This document shows positions 48,259 to 59,200 of a stretch of 64,000 nucleotides of DNA, in pieces. The notes beneath the pieces are model-generated. The model saw only the letters and a program-made list of their open reading frames with translations. It made no database searches and was not told where the DNA came from. The position numbers were made by a program, and so were the translations under genes. The DNA lies in the NCBI GenBank assembly GCA_043821365.1, contig JBDRCX010000003.1, positions 61,727 through 125,726 on the forward strand. The letters run 5' to 3'. How positions within the stretch are numbered: the first letter of the stretch is position 1; each line of letters begins with the position of its first letter. This DNA is from Candidatus Micrarchaeota archaeon (lineage in GTDB: Archaea > Micrarchaeota > Micrarchaeia > Anstonellales > Bilamarchaeaceae).

Positions 48259-48738
48259 ATGAAGTTCCTTCGAATCTCTTGGGGCAAATTTGAAAAAATG
48301 TGCAGTGCCTTATCGCGTAAAGTTGTCAAATATAAACCAGAAGTTTTAATAGGCATATCTCGAGGTGGCCTGGTCCCAGTTAGGATCATGTCTGACATGT
48401 TGAATATTCAAGACATACAGACAATACGAATCCAATTTTACAGAACAATAGGTAAGACAAACTCTGAACCAAAACTTACTCAGGGCCAAGATATTCATAT
48501 CAAGGGAAAACGCGTATTGGTTATAGATGATATTGCAGATACTGGAAAAAGCCTACTTGCAGCTCAAAAATATTTAAAACAAAAAACCCCAAAAATGTTG
48601 AAATTTGCTACTTTTCATTACAAACCAGCTTCGCTATTTAAACCAGATTATTATCTTAAAAAAACAAATGATTGGATCATTTACCCGTGGGAGAAATTAG
48701 AGATGGAACGTGAGTTAAAAGCACTTAATCAGAGGTAA
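48259..48738 (+). CDS. Purine phosphoribosyltransferase (type I PRTase)
   Basis: IGISRGG, VLVIDDIADTGKS, WIIYPWE. Confidence 0.88.
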   Translation: MKFLRISWGKFEKMCSALSRKVVKYKPEVLIGISRGGLVPVRIMSDMLNIQDIQTIRIQFYRTIGKTNSEPKLTQGQDIHIKGKRVLVIDDIADTGKSLLAAQKYLKQKTPKMLKFATFHYKPASLFKPDYYLKKTNDWIIYPWEKLEMERELKALNQR

Positions 48739-49169
48739 TTCAACTTCATTCTTTTTGCTTTTGGTAACATATTTTTAACTGAATTATTTTTTAACAACCC
48801 ACATCCAAGTGATTTGTTTTTATATTTCAAGAGTATATAACCATCCTCTAAACCTGAATTATTCAGAATCAAATCACTGCCATTTACATAGTCAATTGCC
48901 TGTTCTTTTGTTAATTCAATGAAGTTTTTTGAAATTTCATTGCCAAAAAGCTGGAACATATTTGTTGTTGGTTTAATCGAATTATCCATTCTTGCAATTG
49001 AAATGCCAATAGTCGTAACTTTTGGTAAATCTACTGCTTTTTTTGGTCCGAGATAAATTTTTCCTTTTGAACCAAGATAGAGTTGGAAGTTATCAAACAA
49101 GATTCTCTCTATTCCGAACCGTGAAAAAAGATAAGCATATAACTCTTCTAAGTTTGGTGTATTTTTCAT
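48729..49169 (-). CDS. PUA-like/NIP7-like partner of RsmB/NOP2 methyltransferase (copy 2)
   Basis: KPTTNMFQLFGNEISKNFIEL..EQA..Y..G, GYILLKY...LGCG...NMLPK. Confidence 0.7.
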   Translation of the reverse strand: MKNTPNLEELYAYLFSRFGIERILFDNFQLYLGSKGKIYLGPKKAVDLPKVTTIGISIARMDNSIKPTTNMFQLFGNEISKNFIELTKEQAIDYVNGSDLILNNSGLEDGYILLKYKNKSLGCGLLKNNSVKNMLPKAKRMKLNYL

Positions 49170-49170
49170 G

Positions 49171-50085
49171 TTATACCTTTGTTATTTTTGCAAGATAAAA
49201 GCCACCAGTATTATTTTCATGAGGCCAGATTCTTGCTGTTTTTGAGACTTCTGAATCGAATTCGTATTTTTCCCAAGTTTCAAGTGCAGGCGATAGTTTG
49301 AAACCATCTAATGAAATTTGTTCTAATTTTGCAGTATCTCTATTTTTTAGAAGCCAGTCTACTGATGCTTCATTTTCTTCTGGTGCAAATGTGCAAGTTG
49401 AATAAACCATTGAACCTCCAGGAGCTAACAAATCAAATGATTTTACAATCAATGATTTTTGAACTCGTGATTGCTTATCAATTTCTTTTTTATTCCAACC
49501 TAGAATAACCTCATTATTCTTCCTAATGGTTCCTTCTGCAGAACATGGGGCATCTAAGAGGATGGCATCAAATTGGAAATTAGGGAACGATAATAAGTCT
49601 CTATTTGTGATCATTGTGTTCAATGCCCCTGTTTTTTCGATATTGAATTTCAATGCACGTATTCTCGAATATGCTAGGTCATTTGCTACGACCGTACCGT
49701 TATTCTTCATTATAGCAGCTATTTGTGTTGTTTTAGATCCAGGCGCAGCACACCCATCTAAAACAAAACTTGCATTCTTAAGTTCATTTTGAAGAATTAC
49801 TGGTGGTAACATTGATACTAATTCTTGGAGGTAAATTTGCCCAAGAAAATGTTCCAATGTAGAACCTATATTTGGTTCATCTGAAATAAATGCATCTTGG
49901 TACCATTTCATCTGAGTTATTCCAATTCCATATTCACCAAAGCGTTCTTTCACTTCTTCGGGTGTTGATTTTATAGTATTAACACGAAAAGATTTTGGTG
50001 CATATGTACTAAGAGAGGCCAAGAAAGAGTCTTGATCGTTTACTAGTTGGCAGTACCTCTCCTTAAATAATTCTGGAAAATTCAT
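49171..50085 (-). CDS. RsmB/NOP2 family RNA m5C methyltransferase (copy 2)
   Basis: YLQELVSMLP, VLDGCAAPGSKT, LLDAPCSAEG, VYSTCT..PEENE, WPHENNTGGFY. Confidence 0.92.
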   Translation of the reverse strand: MNFPELFKERYCQLVNDQDSFLASLSTYAPKSFRVNTIKSTPEEVKERFGEYGIGITQMKWYQDAFISDEPNIGSTLEHFLGQIYLQELVSMLPPVILQNELKNASFVLDGCAAPGSKTTQIAAIMKNNGTVVANDLAYSRIRALKFNIEKTGALNTMITNRDLLSFPNFQFDAILLDAPCSAEGTIRKNNEVILGWNKKEIDKQSRVQKSLIVKSFDLLAPGGSMVYSTCTFAPEENEASVDWLLKNRDTAKLEQISLDGFKLSPALETWEKYEFDSEVSKTARIWPHENNTGGFYLAKITKV

Positions 50086-50549
50086 TTAACTACCTTCAAA
50101 CTTGATATCATTTGATCAAAGATTTTTTTCTTTTCTTTATCATATTTCGGTGCATTCCAATTTAAGGAAAATACTATTCTTCCAGTAAAAAACATAATTC
50201 CCCCACCAAAATATTCCTTACCATCAGAATGATAACTATATTCTCGGTTGTAAGATGGCATTCCAAGGAATTTTGATTTTTTGGGTTTTGTCAGTATACC
50301 CGAACTCGGGGATTCTAGTTCTTGCTTGGCATATTTTTTGAAATTAAATTTCTCATATATTTTTGCATTTACTGATATTGTAAAATTAGAATCATTTGAA
50401 TAAAATGAATTAGTATATTGCCCGTCAACTACGGCAATATTCTTATCAAAATGCCAATTCTTAGGATAGGTAATTTCAAAATTACCAAATGAATCGCAAA
50501 ATTTTACAAATTCTACTGGTTTTTTCTTGAAAAAATCAAAAATCTGCAA
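50082..50549 (-). CDS. PsbP/DUF1795-like protein
   Basis: FEITYPKNW motif; start revised to TTG 50549 after GGAGG. Confidence 0.55.
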   Translation of the reverse strand: MQIFDFFKKKPVEFVKFCDSFGNFEITYPKNWHFDKNIAVVDGQYTNSFYSNDSNFTISVNAKIYEKFNFKKYAKQELESPSSGILTKPKKSKFLGMPSYNREYSYHSDGKEYFGGGIMFFTGRIVFSLNWNAPKYDKEKKKIFDQMISSLKVVK

Positions 50550-51270
50550 TCCAAACAGCCTCCTTACAATTATCATTGAATGGCATATAATCAAATCCAC
50601 AGTAAGCTTTGATATTTTTGTATCCACCTGATTTCAAAAGTTCGATCATCTCATTTTTATTTAAGTATGCTATTTCCATTTCAAAGTGATGTTCCTTACC
50701 ATCTAAGTGCAAATCAATTTCATAGTGTCCTGTTTTTGTTTTTGGTTTGTATTCAAGATACCACTCAATTCTGTATGATTTACCGTCAGGAGAAATCAGT
50801 TCTTCTGATGCAAACTTATGTAGTCCATCGACCATACCATACTCCTCTTCAGATGGATTATATGTGTGTAGTATGAGTCTTCCCTCTTTATCAAGATGAT
50901 TTCTAAAATTTGCTAATGCTTTTTTCCTTTCATCAATTGTTTTTAGATGTAAAAAACTTCGATATGGGACAATTATTAGCTTGAATTTTTTATCTAATTT
51001 AAAATCAAGCATGTCTGCTTTTATGACATTGGGGGCAACTCCTTTTTGTTTTGCTTTTTCTTTTAGGGTATTAAGCATGCCATCTGAAATATCTATTCCA
51101 CATACATCAATATTCTCGCTTAAAAGACTGAGAAGTATTCTACCGGTGCCACATGCAATTTCTAAAACACTTCCTCTTGTGTTTTTTGCTTCCTGTGTAT
51201 AAAATTTCAGGTCTAGCATATCCCCATATATAAGATCATAATATTCAGACATGTCATCATAAACTTTCAT
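50536..51270 (-). CDS. Class I SAM-dependent methyltransferase
   Basis: VLEIACGTGR, GIDISDGML, ADMLDF. Confidence 0.88.
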   Translation of the reverse strand: MKVYDDMSEYYDLIYGDMLDLKFYTQEAKNTRGSVLEIACGTGRILLSLLSENIDVCGIDISDGMLNTLKEKAKQKGVAPNVIKADMLDFKLDKKFKLIIVPYRSFLHLKTIDERKKALANFRNHLDKEGRLILHTYNPSEEEYGMVDGLHKFASEELISPDGKSYRIEWYLEYKPKTKTGHYEIDLHLDGKEHHFEMEIAYLNKNEMIELLKSGGYKNIKAYCGFDYMPFNDNCKEAVWIADF

Positions 51271-51320
51271 AACCTAGATAATAAGCACAACATAAATAAT
51301 CCTTTCAACTTATTTAGTTT

Positions 51321-52361
51321 ATGTACCTTCACGTTGACATGGACTATTTTTTTGCCCAACTTGAGGAAAAACGCAGGCCAATGGCTAAGAACAAGATAAT
51401 TATTGTTTGTGTTTATAGTGGTAGAACCGACGATTCGGGAGTGGTAAGTACAGTTAATTATTCTGGAAGAGAACTTGGAATAAAATCTGGGATGCCAATT
51501 GCTTTTGCAAAAAAACGTGCACCGCCAGCAGATTCACTCTTCATTCCAGTTGATAAAGAATATTATGAACAAATATCATTCCAAATAGACAAAGTTATCC
51601 GTGATAATTGTGAGAAAGTAGTCCAAGCAAGCATTGACGAATGGAACATAGAGGATAAATTAGATAAGTCAAAATTGCTTAAAGAATTGATAAAAACACA
51701 GTTTGATTTGAATTGTAGTATCGGGGTTGCTCCATCCGTTCTAGGAGCTAAAATGGCAGCATCAAAATCTAAACCAAATGGTTTGGTGGTTCTTGATACA
51801 GAATCAGAAAAAAGATTTATTGAGGGGTCTGAATTGGAGAAAGTGCCTGGTATTGGGCCAAAGACTGTTGAGGCACTTGGTAGTTTGGGTGCAGCATATG
51901 TCAAAGATTTAAAAAAAATCAATAGTTTCACACTTGTTGAAACCTTTGGAAGAAAAACAGGAGCTTGGTTAATTGATCTGGCACATGGTAAATACGATAA
52001 AGATATAGGTGAGGAAAAGCCACAAGACGAAATTAGCCGAATAGGTACACTAAAAGAAAAAACCCATGATCAGTACCTTTTGGTTACAAAAGTCACAGAA
52101 TTGGAAAAAGAAGCAAAGGAATGGCTAATGGCAATGAAAAGGTCTTATAAGACACTTACAATTACCTTTATTACTGACGATATGAAAACTCATACTAAAT
52201 CCCTATCTTTTAAAAATCCAAAAAATTGGAGTGAGGATATTTCTAAGGAAAAAGAACAGCTTATTAGAGAGTTTTTATCTGAGAATAAATTAAACATACG
52301 AAGGATAGGCATACGCTTTGGAAACTTTATGGATCTTGGGGGGCAAACCACTCTTTTTTAA
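51321..52361 (+). CDS. dinB: Y-family DNA polymerase (DinB/Dpo4)
   Basis: HVDMDYFFA, STVNYSGRELGIKSGMP, SIDE, VPGIGPKT, IRRIGIRF. Confidence 0.9.
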   Translation: MYLHVDMDYFFAQLEEKRRPMAKNKIIIVCVYSGRTDDSGVVSTVNYSGRELGIKSGMPIAFAKKRAPPADSLFIPVDKEYYEQISFQIDKVIRDNCEKVVQASIDEWNIEDKLDKSKLLKELIKTQFDLNCSIGVAPSVLGAKMAASKSKPNGLVVLDTESEKRFIEGSELEKVPGIGPKTVEALGSLGAAYVKDLKKINSFTLVETFGRKTGAWLIDLAHGKYDKDIGEEKPQDEISRIGTLKEKTHDQYLLVTKVTELEKEAKEWLMAMKRSYKTLTITFITDDMKTHTKSLSFKNPKNWSEDISKEKEQLIREFLSENKLNIRRIGIRFGNFMDLGGQTTLF

Positions 52362-52439
52362 CTAAAATGATAGATTTAAATGCTTTTTTAACCACTAATA
52401 ATAACAATAAAATAACTACCTAGAGGTAGGAGGGATAAT

Positions 52440-52532
52440 ATGATAGCAATGATAAATAGTTTTGTGAATAAAGTTGTAAAGTCTTTCTCGAAAAAGCCAT
52501 CTAAAAAAAGCAAAAAAAGTAGAAAAAAATAA
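52440..52532 (+). CDS. 30-aa highly basic micropeptide
   Basis: GGAGGGA ribosome-binding site 4 nt before ATG; MIAMINSFVNKVVKSFSKKPSKKSKKSRKK. Confidence 0.5.
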   Translation: MIAMINSFVNKVVKSFSKKPSKKSKKSRKK

Positions 52533-52567
52533 TTTTTTTGTTTTATACAATTTAATTGAGGTGGCCC

Positions 52568-52996
52568 ATGGGAAAAATTTATTATTTGGATAGATACAGA
52601 CCTGAACCAAAAAACGAGAGAAACGCAACAAAACCAAGATGGGGAAGGTTCAAAGATATTGTTTACAACTATCCACAAACACTTGCATCAACAACTACAT
52701 TTGTTGTAGCTATGGAAGAAGTCATTAGAAGACCAGATTCAAAAGTTGGTTTGGCTGTTGGTGTTCTGGGAGGTTTTTGTACCCTCGGAGCACTTACTAG
52801 AGAGACTCTCAATAAAAATGTTGGAAGAATAGAGAAAATAATATCTGGAGCTATTGGTTTGGTTAGTTTGGGAATTGGAACCGGACTTGTTATTACAGGA
52901 GACATATCAAATGGTATGAATCTAAGTCTCCTGGGTGCGTTTATTGCTACTGCATATAAACCAATTTTACATGGAATATCAGGACTTGGAAAATAA
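52568..52996 (+). CDS. Hypothetical membrane protein
   Basis: GAGGTGG ribosome-binding site; several Gly-rich hydrophobic segments. Confidence 0.6.
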   Translation: MGKIYYLDRYRPEPKNERNATKPRWGRFKDIVYNYPQTLASTTTFVVAMEEVIRRPDSKVGLAVGVLGGFCTLGALTRETLNKNVGRIEKIISGAIGLVSLGIGTGLVITGDISNGMNLSLLGAFIATAYKPILHGISGLGK

Positions 52997-53011
52997 TTCC
53001 AAAATTAGATT

Positions 53012-53719
53012 CTATTTGAATATATTTAGGTATTCTTCTTCTATATCGTGAAACTTAGCTGGAATTATTATTGAAAATGGTGTATTTCCAAGGTATTTTT
53101 CTTTTAGATCTTTGATTTTTCCAAAACTGATTTTTTCATCTACATGCCCAACTTTTGATAGAACTATCGCCATTTCAAATTCTGAAAGCATCTCCAGAGC
53201 AATCTTTGCATCCATTGGCTCGGGTTCGGTATCCAGAAGTACAAGGGTGTGTAAATTTCTGACTAAATTTTCTTTTATTATGTCAAGAGAGGATATTGGT
53301 TTGTAATTTGGCCTTGGATTAACCAAACTTGCTGTTTTTCCAAATTTATAAATCTGAAGGCCAGAGCGGGCAGGGGCAACTGAATAGATGGATGAGTTGT
53401 GAATTACTTCAACATCTACTTCTTTTTGCCGTGCCTCTAGAACCAAGGTAATGTGTGTTGTGGCTGTCAATGGGTCACCAGATACTAATATGCAAACCTT
53501 TGAATTTTTTGCTTTATTAACCAAAAATGAGCTTTCTAGTTGTTCTCGCTTGAGTTGGGTGATTGGTTTGTTTATTAATCGCTCAAGTTCTGTGATTTTT
53601 TTATTATCAATTGGATTAGTATAGCATTCGACATAAACTTCATCAGATTGTTTTAATGCATCTAAACCTGCCATCGTGATATCTAAAGATACCCCTAGAC
53701 CAACTAAAAATAACGTCAT
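53012..53719 (-). CDS. dph5: Diphthine synthase
   Basis: LFLVGLG, YVECYT, LVSGDPLTATTH, LQIYKFGKT, NLHTLVLLD. Confidence 0.92.
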   Translation of the reverse strand: MTLFLVGLGVSLDITMAGLDALKQSDEVYVECYTNPIDNKKITELERLINKPITQLKREQLESSFLVNKAKNSKVCILVSGDPLTATTHITLVLEARQKEVDVEVIHNSSIYSVAPARSGLQIYKFGKTASLVNPRPNYKPISSLDIIKENLVRNLHTLVLLDTEPEPMDAKIALEMLSEFEMAIVLSKVGHVDEKISFGKIKDLKEKYLGNTPFSIIIPAKFHDIEEEYLNIFK

Positions 53720-53874
53720 AGGAAAGATGATAGTGATAACATTTAAAAAAACGTGCTTCAATATACATAATGTTTCAAATTGGTTAGTCGTATTTAAGAT
53801 CCTTTATAGAAATAAGGATACGCTTATGGGCAACATAACCATCCCCCTGCCCCTAAGCGTTTTCTATTTAAGGC

Positions 53875-54324
53875 CTATTCTATAATTAGGCTACTCTTCC
53901 CTATTTTGATACTATTCCTCTTAGAGAATCCAGTCAACACTTCCAATACGTATTTTGAATCATTTTTTGGATAATACATACTAATGGTATTTGGCTTCAT
54001 TTGGATGATATCCACCACCGTCCCATTATCAGCAAAGTGTATTGCTTCTAATTCCAAACTAGTATTAAACATCCAAAAACCATACTTCCCAGCGTTATCG
54101 AATATGAATAGCATACCATCATTTTCTGCCATTGATATGCGACCCATCAAACCTTTGGCTTTTGTTGCACTATTATTGGCAATTTCAACCTCTATTTCGA
54201 TTTGTTGTCCATCTGAATTCACTAATATAATTTTCTTACGATCTCCTTTAGCAGTTATTAAATAGGCAATTAGTAGAACTAAAACAAGAATAAGAAAAAT
54301 AAAAATAACTTCATAGTTGTTCAT
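53875..54324 (-). CDS. DUF192 family protein
   Basis: VEIA...KGLMGR..MAENDGMLFIF...FWMFNT...KYVLEV. Confidence 0.85.
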   Translation of the reverse strand: MNNYEVIFIFLILVLVLLIAYLITAKGDRKKIILVNSDGQQIEIEVEIANNSATKAKGLMGRISMAENDGMLFIFDNAGKYGFWMFNTSLELEAIHFADNGTVVDIIQMKPNTISMYYPKNDSKYVLEVLTGFSKRNSIKIGKSSLIIE

Positions 54325-54333
54325 TCAAATCAA

Positions 54334-55443
54334 TCAGAGTTTTTTGAATCTGTCTTTGAATTTTTCCTGAAGTTTTGGTAAATTAGTATATTCCAAATCC
54401 TCTTCTGGCAATCTATGTGGTTCAAATGGTCCATGCCTTCTCATATATTCAGCAATCTTACCAGCTTTTTTCCTTGTGTAGTCAAAGGCAATGTCCTTGA
54501 ACATATCAACAGGACCAACCAACTTACCATTTGCAAGCTGGAAACCAAGAGCAACAACTCTAGGTGGACCGTCTAATCTTGTTGGCATTGCCTGTTCAAC
54601 ACTGCATGGTACCATAGGACCTTGATGTGATCCGCGCATCCAACCACTAACTAGATGGGGAAATGCAAATGGTTCCAATGCTTCACCAACTGCAGGTAAA
54701 CCACTTTGGCATCTGACAATCGCAACAGGGTCGTCCTTACCAACATATTGACCTGCTATTTGCGAAAGTTTTTCAGTTGAGATGCAAGCAACTGCTTCTT
54801 TCTCTGAAACTTTGTTGCCTGGGCCAGGATAAATCCGTTTTATAACATATCTGCTTCTTGAACCTATAAATGCCAGCATAGAATATGTTTCTTCTGGAGT
54901 TTTGAATGTTATTGTTCTTCCTTCAACAGTATCATATATTTCAAAATGGAAACCGCCTTGCATTGTTGGATCAATAACTAAACCAGGAGTACTAAATGGA
55001 TCAGCAAACATTCTATAGAAAGGTAGATTGAAAGCACCTGGATCAGTTTTATCCATCATAAAAACAATCAATGGTTCACTTTTTCTCTCTTCAAATTCAA
55101 GTTCTGCAATTCCTGGTCCCATACCTCTTATATTGCCTGAGAAAGCGTCACTCAAAAGATCTTGGCCAGCGCCGTATAATTTCAATTTTTTAGCTACTTC
55201 AGTACCTGTTTTGAAAACATCCCATGCAAGAGTATGTATGTCTTTATTATCTGCTCCTTTATGGTGTGTAATAATTAGATTGAGGTCATCCCCACATTTA
55301 GAAACATGATAATCAATTATTTTTCCTTCTTTTTTTGCTTTTGAAAGCTCGTCTTCGGCTGTCTTTATTAGTTCTGGGTGTACTGTTGCATGTCCAGGAT
55401 AGCCACCTATATCTGCTTTGATTACACTAATAGTAGTCTTCAT
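54334..55443 (-). CDS. fbp: Fructose-1,6-bisphosphate aldolase/phosphatase (class V FBPase)
   Basis: SVIKADIGG, GDD, LYGAGQDLL, YVGKDDP, WMRGSH, HGPFEPHRL. Confidence 0.95.
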   Translation of the reverse strand: MKTTISVIKADIGGYPGHATVHPELIKTAEDELSKAKKEGKIIDYHVSKCGDDLNLIITHHKGADNKDIHTLAWDVFKTGTEVAKKLKLYGAGQDLLSDAFSGNIRGMGPGIAELEFEERKSEPLIVFMMDKTDPGAFNLPFYRMFADPFSTPGLVIDPTMQGGFHFEIYDTVEGRTITFKTPEETYSMLAFIGSRSRYVIKRIYPGPGNKVSEKEAVACISTEKLSQIAGQYVGKDDPVAIVRCQSGLPAVGEALEPFAFPHLVSGWMRGSHQGPMVPCSVEQAMPTRLDGPPRVVALGFQLANGKLVGPVDMFKDIAFDYTRKKAGKIAEYMRRHGPFEPHRLPEEDLEYTNLPKLQEKFKDRFKKL

Positions 55444-55591
55444 ATGTTTACCTCCAATATGATAACTGAGACAGCAAATAAAAAGATTGCGTTAACGCTT
55501 AATTGGTGTGTTGTAAAAATTGTAATGTTTTGTATAAAATTACCATATAAGTATTAAAAGACAGAGAACAAAGTAGATAACGGGATGAATT

Positions 55592-56284
55592 ATGGTTAAA
55601 AATATCACGTCTGGAATTCCTGGATTAGATCAATTACTTGGAGGGGGATTCCCTGACGGTAGTTTGATTATGGTATCTGGAGGAACAGGTACTGGAAAGA
55701 GTACTTTTGCACTTCAATTTCTTCACAATGGGGCAACAAAGTTTAATGAACCTGGGATTTTGATCTCATTAGAACAAGAACCAGAAAAACTTATTGATAC
55801 AGCAAAACAATTTGGATGGGATTTTGAAGATCTTATTGCAAAAAAGAAATTAGCTATAATCTCACCATCAGTATACAAATTTGAAACATTAGAAGAACAT
55901 ATTACTGCAGCAGTAAAAAAGCTTGGTGCAAAACGGCTTGTTCTTGATTCCTATACGATTGCAAGTACTTTTTTTGTAAAACCAGAAGAGCGCAGACGAG
56001 GTTTGTTGCTTCTAAGCCGTAAAATACAAAAACTTGGTATCACCAGCCTTGCAATATCTGATGTTCCAGAAGGCAAAGACACCTTTTCAATCAGCGGGTT
56101 CGAAGAATTTGTGGTTGATGGTGTTGTTTCACTCGAACTATTATCAGATAAATCAAGAAATGTGTTTACTAGAGCTGTTTTCATTAGGAAAATGAGGTAT
56201 ATTGAACATTCACTTAAGAGAGTGCCATTTAGAATAACCAATAAAGGTTGTATTGTTTATCCAGAAGAGGTATTATTTGACTAG
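55592..56284 (+). CDS. KaiC/RecA-superfamily ATPase
   Basis: SGIPGLDQLLGGG, GGTGTGKS, RLVLDS, EFVVDGV, RKMR. Confidence 0.88.
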   Translation: MVKNITSGIPGLDQLLGGGFPDGSLIMVSGGTGTGKSTFALQFLHNGATKFNEPGILISLEQEPEKLIDTAKQFGWDFEDLIAKKKLAIISPSVYKFETLEEHITAAVKKLGAKRLVLDSYTIASTFFVKPEERRRGLLLLSRKIQKLGITSLAISDVPEGKDTFSISGFEEFVVDGVVSLELLSDKSRNVFTRAVFIRKMRYIEHSLKRVPFRITNKGCIVYPEEVLFD

Positions 56285-59200
56285 TTCTTAGTCACTTGTA
56301 ATATTGCGGTTTTATCCTCTTCTACTCCTTTTGTTTTTACTGTTTTACCAATATGAAGAACCTGTTCTGATCTTGAACTATCTCGGTATATTGTTATGCC
56401 TTTACATGCATTTTTCCATGCTAGCATATAGACATTCTCAACATCTTCAACAGTTGCACTTGCAGGCATATTTATTGTTTTACTAACTGCAAGATCAACA
56501 TGTTTTTGGAATGCTGCTTGCATAAGAACATGGGCTTCAGGAGAGATATCATGAGAAACACGAAACACTTCTTTTACATCATCTGGTATCTCATCCATGT
56601 GTGCTATTGTCCCTTCCTCCATGATTCTTTGCATTAATTCTTGACTGTAAAGACCACGAACTTTCATCACATGTTCGAAAATATCATCACAATAATAGTA
56701 TTGGCCTGCTCTAACTGTTTTTAGGAATGATAATGCAAACACTGGTTCTATGCCACTGCTTGTATTAGATATCATTGATATGGTGCCAGTTGGAGCAATT
56801 GAAGAACAAGTTGCATTTCTCATAGCATCATATTCCTTGGAAAGCGGACTGTTACTGAAATTAGGGAATGAACCTCTTGCACGACCAAGTTCATGACTCA
56901 TTTTTCTTGCTTCTTCCTGAATAAACTTCATCATCTCTTGCCCAACTTCATAACCAAGATCAGAATCATATCTGATTCCCATCTTGAAAAGCATTCTTGC
57001 AAATCCCATTACTCCCAACCCAATTCTTCTGTTTCTCAATGTTTGTTCTTTTATTTGTGGAATTGGATATTTGTTCAGATCTATTACATTATCTAAAAAT
57101 TGGAATGCAATACGCACCACATACCTGAGTTTAGTCCAATTTACTTTATTCTTCCAATTAGTTTTACTCCAATCAAACTCAACAAATTTAACAAGATTGA
57201 TACTTCCAAGATTGCATGACTCATAGTCAGGCATTGGAACTTCACCGCAATTGTGGATGATAAGCCCATTGGCAGAAAATGAATGAGTTACTGGTTCTGT
57301 CAAATCATAAACTGGCTCAACACCACAATGCCTTACTGATTCAATGCTTGTGTCAATATTATCATCATATACTTCATTTGGTTTAAGTTTTTCAAATTTC
57401 TTATTCTTGGCAGAAATTGCAAAGCCTATTCGTTCCATGAACTTAAACATACTTGCTCTGCTAATTATAAGCTCATGCTGTGCATCGCATTGATATTCTT
57501 TGGGTTCTCTGTTTGTATCAGGAAGAACTGTCGTATGTACTTTTCTTCTTTCAAAATAAACCTTTGATACAATACCAAATTGAAGAAGGAGTACTTGGAC
57601 TTGTTTCAACAGTTTGGTGGAATTTGAAGCAAGTCTAATACTAATACCTTTTTCCTTACTGCCCTGTACCGAGCCGTCAGCAGCAAACAATGCAGAAAGA
57701 AATGTGGCCATGGACTTTTCATCTAATTGGAATACAGATGAAGGGACTTCTTTCTGAGCAGCAGTATGATAGCGGACACCAAGATCATGGAACATTTTTG
57801 CTATCCTGGATGAATATTTCAGTCGGGTTTCAGTTTTATCTTTTATGGGCATGACATCTTTTTTGTTAACGTTATCCAAATATGCCTTAAACAATGGAAG
57901 TAATTCATGCTTTTCTTCAGCTCCAAAATAGAAGATGACATCCTCTGCCTCCTTTGACATATGACCATCACCAATAAGCCAACCAAGCATTAGTGCCATT
58001 TCACGATCGATGGAATTAATACCAAACTTTCCTTCCTTTTGGAGTACTAGACGATCATCTTTGCTAAGCTCCTTCAATTCCTTCCATCCATTCTCAGTCA
58101 TGAACTTATGGTTTTCTGTTGCCTTGAGTTCATAACCTGCCTTTGTTGTAACAAGGTAAACATCCTTTTCACCTGTTTTTCCATGCCATGTGATGCGATG
58201 GTAATTGCCATCATCTCCAAGTACATGAAGCGGGTTATGTACCCTTTCCATTTCAATAAGACCTTCATTGGTTGTTACAATTGCATCTTTGGAAATACAA
58301 GGATTTGTTGCGTGTATTTCATCGTCTGGAGTTGGATTTTTTGCATTGATTTCATCTATAAATAAAAGACCAGGTTCTGCTGATTTCCAAGCACTATATG
58401 CAATGAGCTTGAACAAACTTCTTGCATTCACTTTTCTTATTGGTTCTCTACTTCGTGGGTTTATTAAATTATATTCGCTGTTTGTTTCTACTGCTTTCAT
58501 GAAGTTATTATCAGCCATTACACTTACATTAAAATTTTCCATAACTCCAGGAGTTTGTTTCATGGTGATGAATTCTTCAACATCAGGATGCCAAACGTGC
58601 AATGTTGCCATGTTTGCCCCTCTTCTTTTCCCCCCTTGCTTGATTACATTGGTGGCATTGTCAAAGGCACTCATAAATGATATTGGACCTGAAGCAACTC
58701 CTGCGGTGCTTTTAACAAAGTCTCCTTTGGGTCTAAGATATGAGAAACAAAAACCAGTGCCGCCACCAGTTTTGTGTATAATTGCCTGATGCTTAACTGA
58801 TTCGAATATCTGTTCAATATCATCCTTTACTGGTAAGACAAAGCATGCAGAAAGTTGCCCTATACCAGTTCCTGCATTCATAAGTGCAGGGGAATTGGGC
58901 AGAAATTCAAAATTAGTCATTACTTGATAAAATGCATCTTCATATCTTTTTGTAACTGTTTCATCTGCACCATAATTTGTTTCATTCGAAGCAAGATGCC
59001 TTGCAACTCTTCTGAAAAGTCCACTTGGAGTTTCAATGGTTTTTCCAGTTTCATCTTTGAGAAGATATCTTCTTTCAAGAACCTGAATGGAATTCAATGG
59101 AAGCTTAAGATCGTCCTCGACACCAAGGACTTTTTTCATTTCACGTTCTATATTTTTTCTGTGCCTATAGATAATGTAGGATTTTGCAGTTGCTGCATGC

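Noticed and set aside
52388-52678. Minus-strand 96-aa and 73-aa ORFs
   Set aside because: Low-complexity shadows of the plus-strand basic peptide and membrane protein, which have proper ribosome-binding sites
55592-56284. Circadian clock (KaiC) system
   Set aside because: Single-domain KaiC-like ATPases are common in archaea; no kaiA/kaiB or partner genes nearby
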